62,034 nucleotides of DNA, taken from positions 1-62,034 of the IMG/VR virus record IMGVR_UViG_3300042988_000114, one strand, 5' to 3'. This document shows, one piece after another, positions 8,398 through 17,397 of the stretch (the first letter of the stretch is position 1; each line of letters starts with the position of its first letter). A program made the translations under genes and the position numbers. The stretch comes from a virus (Duplodnaviria > Caudoviricetes). The notes under the pieces are model-generated. The model made no database searches and was not told the origin of the DNA. It saw only the letters and a list, made by a program, of their open reading frames with translations.

Positions 8398-9564
8398 TTA
8401 CTTATCGTTTAAGCTAGTATTATATGCGAAGTTGATTTTACTGTCAACATGTTTTTGCATGATTTTAGTGAAATCTTCAAACTTCTCTGCTTTTGGAGCA
8501 CAGTAGCCGCATATGCATCTAACTTGCTTGCATTGTATAACAGGAACGGTATTCCCGTCAAGTAGTTTTTGTTGATCGTCTAGAATTTTTTTGGTGTTGC
8601 TTAGATTCCCAATTGGTCCTATGCCGCCTTCGAAGTTCATTTGACAATCTTTGTTTACGTAAACATCACCATTGTGCTGTCTAATGTATAAGAAGTACCA
8701 GTTTACGCTGCAATACCAATCTTTAAAATCCGCATGTGGCACAAAGCCCATTGGATGTTTTAAGTCTTGGTTAGTACACAATCCTCTGCCGCCGCAGCAG
8801 CTACGACCAATCTTGCCCATACCCACCGTATCATCTGTTACTTCTTTTAACATGATGATCTTGTTACGGCTCTTTTCGGGCGTCTTGCTTTCGTAATAGT
8901 CTGCAAAGAACTTGAACTGATCTTTATTGTATTGCCACTTAGGTGTAGGTGTGTCGTTGGCTTTAACTACATGCTTGATATCATGCTGTTTGCAAAACTC
9001 CACAGCTTGCATGCTTATATCCCACATTTGAGGATCGTTATGCATCACAAACACTACTTTTTGCTTCCTGCTGATGGACTTATTGTAGAGAATGTTGTCT
9101 AGCACTTGCTGGCGCTGCTTAGGCAGTGCTTCGCTGTGAAAACTAACTGTAAACTCATCTACGTGCTTAGTGACCTCGGTCCACAGATTTTTTCCTGCTA
9201 CACCGTTAGTGGTTACTGTAACTGTTAATGTCCAGTCATCCTTGAATGCTTCGTGGCGCTTTCTAAGCTCTTGCAGAATCTCTACAATGTTAGGATGATA
9301 GATAGCTTCGCCGCCATATAAATTTAGAACCACGATGCGTTGCCACTTAGGCTTGAGCATCATGTAACGGTGAACATAATCAAACATAAAGTCGATTGTG
9401 TTTAAGCATTCATCTAGCGGAGGGTGCGAGCTATGGTTATCATGCCACTGTGGTCCACAATAGCTGCAATCAAGATTACAGCGTAGAGTTAACTCCCAAT
9501 CCAACAGCAGAATTGGCCTATTAGATGGATCAATTGCTGGCTCAACGCTTACAATCTTATCCAT
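8398..9564 (-). CDS. Radical SAM protein with Cys-rich C-terminus
   Basis: CNLDCSYC, GGE, TTNG; C-terminal CxxxxCxCxxC. Confidence 0.88.
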   Translation of the reverse strand: MDKIVSVEPAIDPSNRPILLLDWELTLRCNLDCSYCGPQWHDNHSSHPPLDECLNTIDFMFDYVHRYMMLKPKWQRIVVLNLYGGEAIYHPNIVEILQELRKRHEAFKDDWTLTVTVTTNGVAGKNLWTEVTKHVDEFTVSFHSEALPKQRQQVLDNILYNKSISRKQKVVFVMHNDPQMWDISMQAVEFCKQHDIKHVVKANDTPTPKWQYNKDQFKFFADYYESKTPEKSRNKIIMLKEVTDDTVGMGKIGRSCCGGRGLCTNQDLKHPMGFVPHADFKDWYCSVNWYFLYIRQHNGDVYVNKDCQMNFEGGIGPIGNLSNTKKILDDQQKLLDGNTVPVIQCKQVRCICGYCAPKAEKFEDFTKIMQKHVDSKINFAYNTSLNDK

Positions 9565-10135
9565 ATACCATTACCAGTTGTTGTTCAAACCATTCTTTGC
9601 ATTCTGCAAAGGGTTTAGCAAATCGCAAGTTAAACCAAACTCGAGATCCTGTATTGTTGATGCCATGCATCTTTTGAATGTCCAGTAACCAACCTTCGTT
9701 AGCATTACTCGGATACACTTCTATGTAGTCTTGGTCCTTTACATAGGTAAGACTGTCTGTGGTGTTAATGAAATAGTTAAACCCAGTATTCTGGCCGGGT
9801 TGGTCTTTGTGCTCTGCACCATTGCCCACTAGTTTGTTCACGGACACTATGGTAGGCTCTAGCTCACTTAAACTTGCTAACATTAGCGGAAGAAAGGGCA
9901 TTGACTTTTCGATCAATGGGCCTGTCATATTATACCAGTAACTGCTACCGTTAGTAACGTGGCTAATTGTGCCAGCAGATCCTAGTTCGTAGTGGTATCC
10001 ATACTCACTATACTTGTATTGCTTTGTGATTTTATCACAGTTTGAGGTAACTAGACCAATGCCATGCTCTAATACTGCAATGGTATTTTTCCAATTATGA
10101 TCAATTCTGATCGGGGTTTTGTATGTTAGTAACAT
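9557..10135 (-). CDS. Hypothetical protein, possible cupin/oxygenase fold
   Basis: HKD...H..N...R pattern. Confidence 0.55.
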   Translation of the reverse strand: MLLTYKTPIRIDHNWKNTIAVLEHGIGLVTSNCDKITKQYKYSEYGYHYELGSAGTISHVTNGSSYWYNMTGPLIEKSMPFLPLMLASLSELEPTIVSVNKLVGNGAEHKDQPGQNTGFNYFINTTDSLTYVKDQDYIEVYPSNANEGWLLDIQKMHGINNTGSRVWFNLRFAKPFAECKEWFEQQLVMVYG

Positions 10136-10138
10136 GTA

Positions 10139-10419
10139 TCTATAAAGAGGTGGAGCATATAAAACTTATTTTTCAACCGTGGACTGATGCACGGCCGGTA
10201 GCTATCCGGCTCGCTTCGTAAGCTCAAACGGGTAATTGCCATGCCCTAACTTACACATCTTCTCAGAGTCTCAATAATTCGCGATTTTAAAATCCATTTG
10301 TTGCCTCGGAGGTTTCCGATATTTGATCACGGGCCACTATTCTCAGGCAAGAAAGATCGCTACTAAATCTACCACAGGTAATAAGTCACTGCCTTGTGTA
10401 TGCTCCACCTCTTTATAGA
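10139..10419 (-). ncRNA. Unknown 281-nt RNA bounded by a perfect 21-bp inverted repeat
   Basis: tctataaagaggtggagcata / tatgctccacctctttataga; own promoter; no ORF. Confidence 0.6.
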
Positions 10420-10433
10420 CAAATTGTTGAGTT

Positions 10434-10461
10434 ATTATAACAAAATTTGAATTTAAGTCAA
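10434..10461 (-). promoter_or_regulatory. Sigma70 promoter
   Basis: TTGACT-16-TATAAT with TG extension. Confidence 0.75.
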
Positions 10462-10468
10462 CTGGAAT

Positions 10469-11662
10469 TTACGTAGTTAGGTCCAGTAAGTGGAACAATG
10501 GAGTAGAATTCAGCTTTAATCCAAATCCATAAGTTCCTTCTACTAGGCTCATTGGGCTTACTCCACTTGTAAATTCTTTTGATCCATGGTAGAACGCTTT
10601 CCGCAATGAATCTAGCTCAGGGAGTTCATGCAGCCAAAAATACCAATCGCTTCGTTCTTTGTTCGGCTTCACAACTTGAAATTTATTATTATCCCACGTA
10701 TCTTTATACAACACTGAATTAAAAATTCGACGCTGAGCAGCATCATAGTGAGACTTGTTGTGATTATTAGTTAAAAACCAAATTGGGCTTTCTAATAAAG
10801 GTCTTGCTGCTTTGTTATGATTAAAATACAGTGCAATTTGATAAGCCTGCTCCACTGGCAACAGAGGCAGGTCCGCAGACCAATAAAATAGTTCAACTCT
10901 GTCCTCTCCCATTGCTTCAACCATGCTTGCATTAGTGTGAAAGCTGTCTAGGAACTTAAAGTATACCTTTCCATCAACTGCTGTAACATACGGTTTGTCA
11001 GTTCCAATTACATGACCAACTTTTCTACTTGTTGGCGATACCAACGATAACTTAGTCTCACAGTTGGGATCAAGACGAATAACCGTACTGCCCAGACTTA
11101 AGTGACCGATATTGATTTGGGACAATCTATTTGTAAGTTGATCCACTCCCAAGGACTGGTTTCCTAAATACTCTGCATAATCAACAATGTTGATTTTTAT
11201 TTCAGGATTGGATATTTTTAATCTATCAAGAGTTGGCTTAATGGAATAGTTCCATTCGCTTGCTGCATTCCTTGCAGAAGTATCCTTGGTGTTAGGAGTG
11301 TAACCATTTCCATCAATAAGATGTTTTGGCCAACGCACCATTACTTCGTCAAGTTTAATATTGTTTGTTAAAAACGTTTCCAATATGTTATGACTATCGG
11401 CGCCGCCCGAATAATGCAATACTACATAATCGTATTTGTCTCTAATTTGTAAAGCACGTTCCTTGTACAAAGTTGTTAGTGGGATTTTTCCCAACAACGA
11501 TTTGTCAAACTTTTCCCAAACTTGATTGTGAAAATAAAAAGAAACTGGGCCGGATCTGTTTGCATACGCATGTCGATATGCATCAATTTTTGCAGTGAAT
11601 GGCACTGAGTTAGAAACCCAACATCCATATTTACTACTGAGTGTTTTTGAGATATTAACCAT
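10469..11662 (-). CDS. PP-loop (adenine nucleotide alpha-hydrolase-like) protein, paralog 1
   Basis: YSGGADS, GTDKP, ELFYW. Confidence 0.7.
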   Translation of the reverse strand: MVNISKTLSSKYGCWVSNSVPFTAKIDAYRHAYANRSGPVSFYFHNQVWEKFDKSLLGKIPLTTLYKERALQIRDKYDYVVLHYSGGADSHNILETFLTNNIKLDEVMVRWPKHLIDGNGYTPNTKDTSARNAASEWNYSIKPTLDRLKISNPEIKINIVDYAEYLGNQSLGVDQLTNRLSQINIGHLSLGSTVIRLDPNCETKLSLVSPTSRKVGHVIGTDKPYVTAVDGKVYFKFLDSFHTNASMVEAMGEDRVELFYWSADLPLLPVEQAYQIALYFNHNKAARPLLESPIWFLTNNHNKSHYDAAQRRIFNSVLYKDTWDNNKFQVVKPNKERSDWYFWLHELPELDSLRKAFYHGSKEFTSGVSPMSLVEGTYGFGLKLNSTPLFHLLDLTT

Positions 11663-11689
11663 TAGTTGTTGACGTTAACACTATTTATA

Positions 11690-11763
11690 TGGTGCTCCTA
11701 CAAAGAATCGAACTTTGGATTACGCTATACCACAGCGTCGGTATGCCATTTACCTATAAGAGC
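11690..11763 (-). tRNA. tRNA-Thr(GGT)
   Basis: Cloverleaf, loop GTGGTAT, CCA end. Confidence 0.85.
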
Positions 11764-11764
11764 T

Positions 11765-11841
11765 TGGTGCCCCGGGCGAGACTCGAACTCGCAAAATTTG
11801 GATTTTGAATCCAACACGTATACCAATTCCGTCACCGGGGC
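11765..11841 (-). tRNA. tRNA-Leu(CAA), short variable arm
   Basis: Leu-type D arm, loop TTCAAAA, CCA end. Confidence 0.88.
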
Positions 11842-11845
11842 AGGA

Positions 11846-13054
11846 TTAGTTGGTGCGTACTGCAAATACTTCTTGAAAGGACTCTCCCCTAATCACATCA
11901 TATTTTTTTGTATAATCAAAAAATGCTATTGGATCATGCGGGGTTGATTCAATTAACCCCTTCTTTACATTTAACAACTCCGTACGCAATACTAGATAAT
12001 TTGGCGCAGTTAAAATCTCTACCGATTTATCAATTTCAGTGATTGCTTTACTTCGTAGCTGCTTTGGTAAATTGTTAAAATGCATGCCAGGCGGCGAAGT
12101 CACATTGTAACATTTTATACCAATTGATGCATTTTCATTGTATAGTTTCATTAGAAAAGAGGCAAGTGCAGAAAAGTCCATTAAACTATATGCAGATATA
12201 GCAGTGGTCACTTCTAAATTAAATGGAGCAGGCAACTGATTTAATTTAAGAACATTACTTTCGACTTTAGGCCAATCAGTGCCGCTGCGAATATATTCCG
12301 CAGATTTTCCTACTGCGTCAATGCTCATTACTAACTCTACTTTTTTAAACTCACTAAGTCGAGTAATAAAAAGTGGATTATACACACTACAATTGGTATA
12401 TAACTCTAACTCCATATTCCTACTAAACCCATTGCTAATTAAGTAGTCTAGATAGTCGTAATATTCTTTTATCAAAAATGGTTCGCCACCGGTTAAACAT
12501 ACCTTTCGAACTGACGCCAACAACGACTTGTCCTTGAGACTTTCAATTACCGCAGGGTCTGCTTTAGTTATTGGAATTATACTGTACTCGAGATGACTTC
12601 CGGCTTTATCCGGCTTGATCTTATGTTCAATTTTTTCTGCTGCAAAGCTGGAACTAGATGTTTCATCGCACATCCTGCATTTCATATTACATAGATTGCT
12701 AAATCTAAGTTCAATTCTTGTTGGTACTGTTGGACTGTCAGCAGTAAACTTGTTTGCAAACCACTGGTCTTCATACTCGGGCTCGGGTCCTACATTGTAG
12801 TAATTCCAAATTGCTCCGCGTGTGCTTTTTAGTCCATGTCTTTCACGCTCTTTGCAACCAGAACATGCAGCAGGAACGATCCCTTGCTGCATTTCTTGTT
12901 TTATATTCTTGAGCCATTCGCTATTAAAATAATCAGACGGGGTTGCTTCCATCTCTAAATTTTTAATCATGTGACACGGACTAGGCGAGTTAGCATGGTA
13001 ATACAACAATGACCACGGGGCAGGACAGAAAAACTTCTCCGAAAACTTTGCCAT
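11846..13054 (-). CDS. Radical SAM protein with N-terminal twitch-like domain
   Basis: CNMKCRMC, TGGEP, N-terminal CPAPW; start MAKFSEK after AGGAG. Confidence 0.88.
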   Translation of the reverse strand: MAKFSEKFFCPAPWSLLYYHANSPSPCHMIKNLEMEATPSDYFNSEWLKNIKQEMQQGIVPAACSGCKERERHGLKSTRGAIWNYYNVGPEPEYEDQWFANKFTADSPTVPTRIELRFSNLCNMKCRMCDETSSSSFAAEKIEHKIKPDKAGSHLEYSIIPITKADPAVIESLKDKSLLASVRKVCLTGGEPFLIKEYYDYLDYLISNGFSRNMELELYTNCSVYNPLFITRLSEFKKVELVMSIDAVGKSAEYIRSGTDWPKVESNVLKLNQLPAPFNLEVTTAISAYSLMDFSALASFLMKLYNENASIGIKCYNVTSPPGMHFNNLPKQLRSKAITEIDKSVEILTAPNYLVLRTELLNVKKGLIESTPHDPIAFFDYTKKYDVIRGESFQEVFAVRTN

Positions 13055-13069
13055 ACTACTCCTATAATT

Positions 13070-13145
13070 TGGTGCCTCTAACCGGAGTCGAACCAGTGAC
13101 ACATGGATTTTCAATCCACTGCTCTACCAACTGAGCTATAGAGGC
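13070..13145 (-). tRNA. tRNA-Phe(GAA)
   Basis: Cloverleaf, loop TTGAAAA, CCA end. Confidence 0.95.
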
Positions 13146-13244
13146 AAATTTTAAATGGTTGTGGGTTTTTACCACTCCTGAACCTTGTTCCACCGCTCTT
13201 TCGAAGACTTATGTGGCGATCCCGTGCAGCTCGCATTACACTAT

Positions 13245-13365
13245 ACCATATAGAAGCACTCTCAAATGCAGGCCTAGGAGGAGTCAAGCTCTGAAACCGT
13301 TGCGTATGCATCCACTAAGGTCTCTTCTCCCGCTTTGACTTATGCCAAGAATACTTCTATATGAT
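13245..13365 (-). repeat. Conserved-stem hairpin cassette C
   Basis: accatatagaagcactct ... agaatacttctatatgat. Confidence 0.65.
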
Positions 13366-13508
13366 AGCGTTCGGTGGGACTCGAACCCACAGTCACAATT
13401 TTTCAATCGTGTAATTTCAACGGGTTTATCAATTTCTTGAGGAGGCGGTTTAAGAGTCCACCCTAGCCCGTCGCGTATACCAATTCCTGCTACGATAATT
13501 TCATCGCT
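13366..13508 (-). ncRNA. Leu-type tRNA-like RNA with an expanded anticodon arm
   Basis: D arm GCAGGAATTGGTATACGC, T arm GTGGGTTCGAGTCCCAC, about 42 nt in place of the anticodon loop. Confidence 0.55.
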
Positions 13509-13615
13509 ACCATATAGAAACACACTAACGAACCTGGCTGCGGGGATCGAACCCACTTAATTCCCGTAGCACCAGCAGTACTGCTACGATACTGGTTAAT
13601 GTGTTTGCATATGGC
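13509..13615 (-). repeat. Conserved-stem hairpin cassette D (loop contains a T arm)
   Basis: accatatagaaacacactaa ... ttaatgtgtttgcatatgg. Confidence 0.78.
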
Positions 13616-13710
13616 GGTGCATAAGTTAACCTAAAACTAGTCTAATATCGCGGCCGCAATATTTCATCTATGTCTTAGGATATACACGTTGGTACCTTGC
13701 GTACCTTACG

Positions 13711-13816
13711 CACCATATAAAAACACACTGACAACGTGCTCAGTTACGCTGCTCTTACTGCCGGCCGGACAGGGCGTTCGTCTATTGCTAGACTACCAAT
13801 GTGTTTTTATATGGTG
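13711..13816 (-). repeat. Conserved-stem hairpin cassette E
   Basis: caccatataaaaacacactg ... caatgtgtttttatatggtg. Confidence 0.8.
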
Positions 13817-13923
13817 ACAGTTTAGTCCGATAACTGTCAAAGAGTTGTTGTAGTTTGCTCTAGAAACAACATACATTTGGTCGTCATGACCGGGCACTCC
13901 ACGTTTGAGCCTTCTGGTTAGAT

Positions 13924-13999
13924 ACCATATAGAAGCACACTAACCATCATTGGTACTGTTTGCAACCAGTACGGATTTGAAAATGTGTTTCTATATAGG
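13924..13999 (-). repeat. Conserved-stem hairpin cassette F
   Basis: accatatagaagcacact ... aatgtgtttctatatagg. Confidence 0.72.
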
Positions 14000-14222
14000 C
14001 TCCACCGTTAACGACAGCATTCGTCCTGGCTTTATTTTATGTCGGTTAATGCACGGTGGACACACATGCCGACGGGGTTACAGTTTCAATGATGGGATTC
14101 GAACCCACTAACTACCCGTGCGATGCGGGTTGTGCTACGCTCGCCATACATTCAGTTTACTCCGTTACGTACCGGACCAATTGTATGACTTTGCACTATC
14201 TTTCCATGTCGTCTTCATTGTT

Positions 14223-14308
14223 ACCATATAAAAACATACTGCTGGCTATGCCCCTGGCGTCCCAGAAGCTATCAGAGTCTAACTGAATGCAATATGTTTT
14301 TATATGGT
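14223..14308 (-). repeat. Conserved-stem hairpin cassette G
   Basis: accatataaaaacatactgc ... gcaatatgtttttatatggt. Confidence 0.8.
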
Positions 14309-14400
14309 CGGTGCAGGTGAAATCGCATCACCGAGCCAAGTTATGTCTTTTGTACATTATGCACAGAACTCGCTGAGGCTTCCTCAGTACCTAGGATATG

Positions 14401-14484
14401 CACCATATGTAAACACACTATTAGTTTCTCCATCATCCGACTTTAAAATCAGCTGCGGTTTAAATAATGTGTTTGCATATGGTG
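14401..14484 (-). repeat. Conserved-stem hairpin cassette H
   Basis: caccatatgtaaacacactatt ... aataatgtgtttgcatatggtg. Confidence 0.8.
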
Positions 14485-14555
14485 GGACTGTTCGGGCTCG
14501 AACCGAAAACCTACCGGTTAAAAGCCGGTTGCTCTAACCATTGAGCTACAATCCC
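14480..14555 (-). tRNA. tRNA-Lys(TTT)
   Basis: Cloverleaf, loop CTTTTAA; CCA overlaps cassette H. Confidence 0.95.
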
Positions 14556-14558
14556 GTA

Positions 14559-14632
14559 TGGTCCTCCGCCTAGGTATCGATCCTAGTTTTACTGGTTAAG
14601 AGCCAGTTACATCACCTTAATGTTTGCGAAGG
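14559..14632 (-). tRNA. tRNA-Lys(CTT), atypical
   Basis: Loop CTCTTAA, T-loop ATCGATA, CCA end. Confidence 0.8.
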
Positions 14633-14716
14633 TTGGTGTATTAATTTTAGTTTAACGTGCCAACCTTAGACCAATACGGGATCTAAAGTTGACACTAACG
14701 TTTACCACGTTTCATG

Positions 14717-14848
14717 TCATTCACCTTTGTCAAATTTTCTACCACTCTTCTTACTCTTCACACCTATTGTGAATAGTATCTTCTTACCAAACCCTGCACG
14801 ATATACTCGACAGTCATGGTATGTACGCTTAGAACCAAATGCTCGCAT
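14717..14848 (-). CDS. Small basic hypothetical protein (43 aa)
   Basis: Manual translation MRAFGSKRTYHDCRVYRAGFGKK...; AGGAG RBS. Confidence 0.5.
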   Translation of the reverse strand: MRAFGSKRTYHDCRVYRAGFGKKILFTIGVKSKKSGRKFDKGE

Positions 14849-14857
14849 TGCCTGCTC

Positions 14858-15340
14858 CTACATGTTTCTAAATTGAATTGTACGCCAGGCTTCAGGATCG
14901 GGTTGTTCATTCTCATCGTATGTCCAACCTAGTGCCTTCATCATCTTGTGCTTAACACGCAAGTTAGGTATACGTGTACGTTCAGTATCACTGAACCCCA
15001 TCATGATTCCAACTTCTGCTACTGCACCACTGCGACATAAGCCAGCCATACAGTGTACTACAACATTCATTTTATTGTCAAGTGCATGTTGAAGTAGTTT
15101 CACTATTTCATTTGCTTGTTCGTCTGTAATTTTAGCTTCGTCCGGAAACCCATCTTTATCTTCGGCATCTAAAAACTCGAAACGATGTGCTTCCTTAAAA
15201 GTGTGTGCAGGTGTTGGCCACCAACTCGGACACGGATCCATAATTTGAATCAACATAGAATTGTCCCCAGCATCGTGATGCAATTTCATTGGTACATCGG
15301 CCGCTGCTACGTTTTCAATCCAAGGCATTTTATTCTCCAT
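14858..15340 (-). CDS. Protein tyrosine/dual-specificity phosphatase-like protein
   Basis: HCMAGLCRS (HCx5R). Confidence 0.82.
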   Translation of the reverse strand: MENKMPWIENVAAADVPMKLHHDAGDNSMLIQIMDPCPSWWPTPAHTFKEAHRFEFLDAEDKDGFPDEAKITDEQANEIVKLLQHALDNKMNVVVHCMAGLCRSGAVAEVGIMMGFSDTERTRIPNLRVKHKMMKALGWTYDENEQPDPEAWRTIQFRNM

Positions 15341-15380
15341 TCTGCATTATAACATCGATTCTATTATAACGCAAGAGTAT

Positions 15381-15457
15381 TGGTCGGTCCTGAGGGACTC
15401 GAACCCCCAACCTACGATTTCGAAGACCGGAACTCTATCCAGTTGAGCTAAGGACCG
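15381..15457 (-). tRNA. tRNA-Arg(TCG)
   Basis: Cloverleaf, loop CTTCGAA, CCA end. Confidence 0.9.
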
Positions 15458-15572
15458 AGGTGAAGGTTTTAATGGTGCCGGGATTACCTTCAACCCCGTG
15501 TACACAGCCCATCCCACGTTTCGTGTACAGCGGACGCTGATATCTTCTCTTGCGAGTTAGTGGGTCAGCGGA

Positions 15573-16172
15573 TTACATTGGTGCAGGGCCATTACCGTAA
15601 ACTTCATCACGGCTTTTCATGCCAACTGTACCACCTTCTGCTTCGATACGTTTGATAACGTCTTCAAACAAGATAGGAGTAAAGTTAGTGTGCTCTACAC
15701 ATACACAATGGTATCGTGGATCGATAATTTCACCACCGTAGCCATTTGATTTCATTACACGACGATCATGTAAGTGACCGTGAATGTTAACACCAAAGCG
15801 ACCTAACGACGATTCATGTAAAGGGATATGACTCAAGATCATTCCGTTCAATACATGATACCCACGCACATCACGAAAGTGTTCGGTATATTCCTCTAAG
15901 CGAAAAATATCGTGGTTGCCTTTGATTAACACCTTGTCGCCATTTAGGCGGCGCATGATGCCTAATGCTTTACGGTTAATAACAACGTCACCTAAGTGAT
16001 ATACTTTGTCATTTGGGCGCACTGTGTCATTCCAACGGCGCACCATTTCTTCGTCCATTTCGTCAGGATTGTCCCACGGACGCAATTTTACGTTAGGGTC
16101 ATCTTTACTCATAAACTTGCAGACACCCATGTGCCCGAAGTGAGTATCACTGACTAAAAAACTTGCCGGCAT
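15573..16172 (-). CDS. Calcineurin-like metallophosphoesterase
   Basis: SDTHFGH, LGD, GNHD, HGHLH. Confidence 0.9.
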   Translation of the reverse strand: MPASFLVSDTHFGHMGVCKFMSKDDPNVKLRPWDNPDEMDEEMVRRWNDTVRPNDKVYHLGDVVINRKALGIMRRLNGDKVLIKGNHDIFRLEEYTEHFRDVRGYHVLNGMILSHIPLHESSLGRFGVNIHGHLHDRRVMKSNGYGGEIIDPRYHCVCVEHTNFTPILFEDVIKRIEAEGGTVGMKSRDEVYGNGPAPM

Positions 16173-16252
16173 TACAGCCTCCTTATTACTCTATAAAGTA
16201 CATACATTATAACACCAATTACAATTAAAGCCATTGCATGTACTCCCAATTT

Positions 16253-16329
16253 TGGTGCCCTGGGAGAGACTCGAACTCTCAGCTTACGGCTTCTTAGACC
16301 GCTGCGTTTACCAATTTCGCCACCGGGGC
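16253..16329 (-). tRNA. tRNA-Leu(AAG), short variable arm
   Basis: Leu-type D arm, loop CTAAGAA, CCA end. Confidence 0.85.
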
Positions 16330-16344
16330 CTGATAAATAAACTT

Positions 16345-16899
16345 ATGAACTACGATAAATTCCGCCAACTCTTAAGTCTGTTTGAAGCCCGCAATCCTGA
16401 TCTTGAATACCAGGAAACCGAGAAGCAAGTTATTGCTATCCTTAGAGGATCTAACAGCCAAGTATTCACCAAGCTAGCACAAAAAGTTGAACGCATTAGT
16501 CAACTTGAAGCAGAACTAAAAATCCTCAAAGAAGAAGTTAAGCAAAGCACTAGAGACGATGTAGCTGCATTGTTTAATGCAGAAGATGGCGCTAAAACTC
16601 GTATTATTCAAACTCTAAGTTTTATCTTGCAACTAAGCAAAGATCCAGAAGAAACTAAATCTCCAAAGTACAAGGACATCCTTGCTGTACTCGAAACCAA
16701 GTTAACTCCAGAGCTAATCAAAGTTCTTGAAGAGCTTAAAAAGACTATGGTTACTGTTACACAAAAAGAAGCAGGTCTTAAAATCAAGCCACTCGACGAA
16801 GGACAAGACGCAATGCTGTTCAATCGTTTAAACGAGTTAGTTCAAGACTGGGGTCAACGTTATGACCAAAAGCTAAACGCATTAATGCAACAGGTATAA
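16345..16899 (+). CDS. Coiled-coil hypothetical protein, possibly head-internal
   Basis: Start MNYDKFRQLLSLFE just after TAAATA. Confidence 0.7.
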   Translation: MNYDKFRQLLSLFEARNPDLEYQETEKQVIAILRGSNSQVFTKLAQKVERISQLEAELKILKEEVKQSTRDDVAALFNAEDGAKTRIIQTLSFILQLSKDPEETKSPKYKDILAVLETKLTPELIKVLEELKKTMVTVTQKEAGLKIKPLDEGQDAMLFNRLNELVQDWGQRYDQKLNALMQQV

Positions 16900-16901
16900 T
16901 C

Positions 16902-17321
16902 ATGAAGATCAAACCATTAAAAGAATATATCCGCGAAGCAGAAGTTGCGGATCGCCCACCAGAACTAGCAAAGCCTCCTGTGGGGCAGCAACAAGAAAAG
17001 CCAGCCGATAAACCAGGTGGTTTTACTGTTATGATTCTTAACGATGGTATGACGCCAGCTGAAGTAGTTATTGAAGCTATTGTTAGCGTAACTGGAATGA
17101 GCTCAGACGCTGCATTCACTAAAATGATGCGAGCACACCAAGGCGGATGGGCGCCAATTAAATCATATGCCAGCAAAGACGTTGCCGAGACTATTGCACA
17201 TGGCATTATGCGTCATGCACAACAAAATGATCGCTACGATCATTATCGTCAACACCCACACTTCCGTAACTTTAGAGGCCCCTGGCCTCTTACTGCTGAA
17301 GTAATGGATGCTGCTCAGTAA
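16902..17321 (+). CDS. clpS: ClpS-like adaptor protein
   Basis: VMILNDGMTP...MMRAHQGG...KDVAE...WPL follows the ClpS pattern. Confidence 0.75.
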   Translation: MKIKPLKEYIREAEVADRPPELAKPPVGQQQEKPADKPGGFTVMILNDGMTPAEVVIEAIVSVTGMSSDAAFTKMMRAHQGGWAPIKSYASKDVAETIAHGIMRHAQQNDRYDHYRQHPHFRNFRGPWPLTAEVMDAAQ

Positions 17322-17323
17322 TT

Positions 17324-17397
17324 TGGGGTGAAGCCGGGAATCGAACCCTGGTCCCTTGTTTCACAGACAAGTATTCTACCACTGAACTAGCGACACC
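17324..17397 (-). tRNA. tRNA-His(GTG)
   Basis: Loop CTGTGAA, G-1:C73, CCA end. Confidence 0.9.

Noticed and set aside
13245-14484. CRISPR array
   Set aside because: Repeats are paired inverted arms with irregular spacing and structured inserts; no cas genes in the window.
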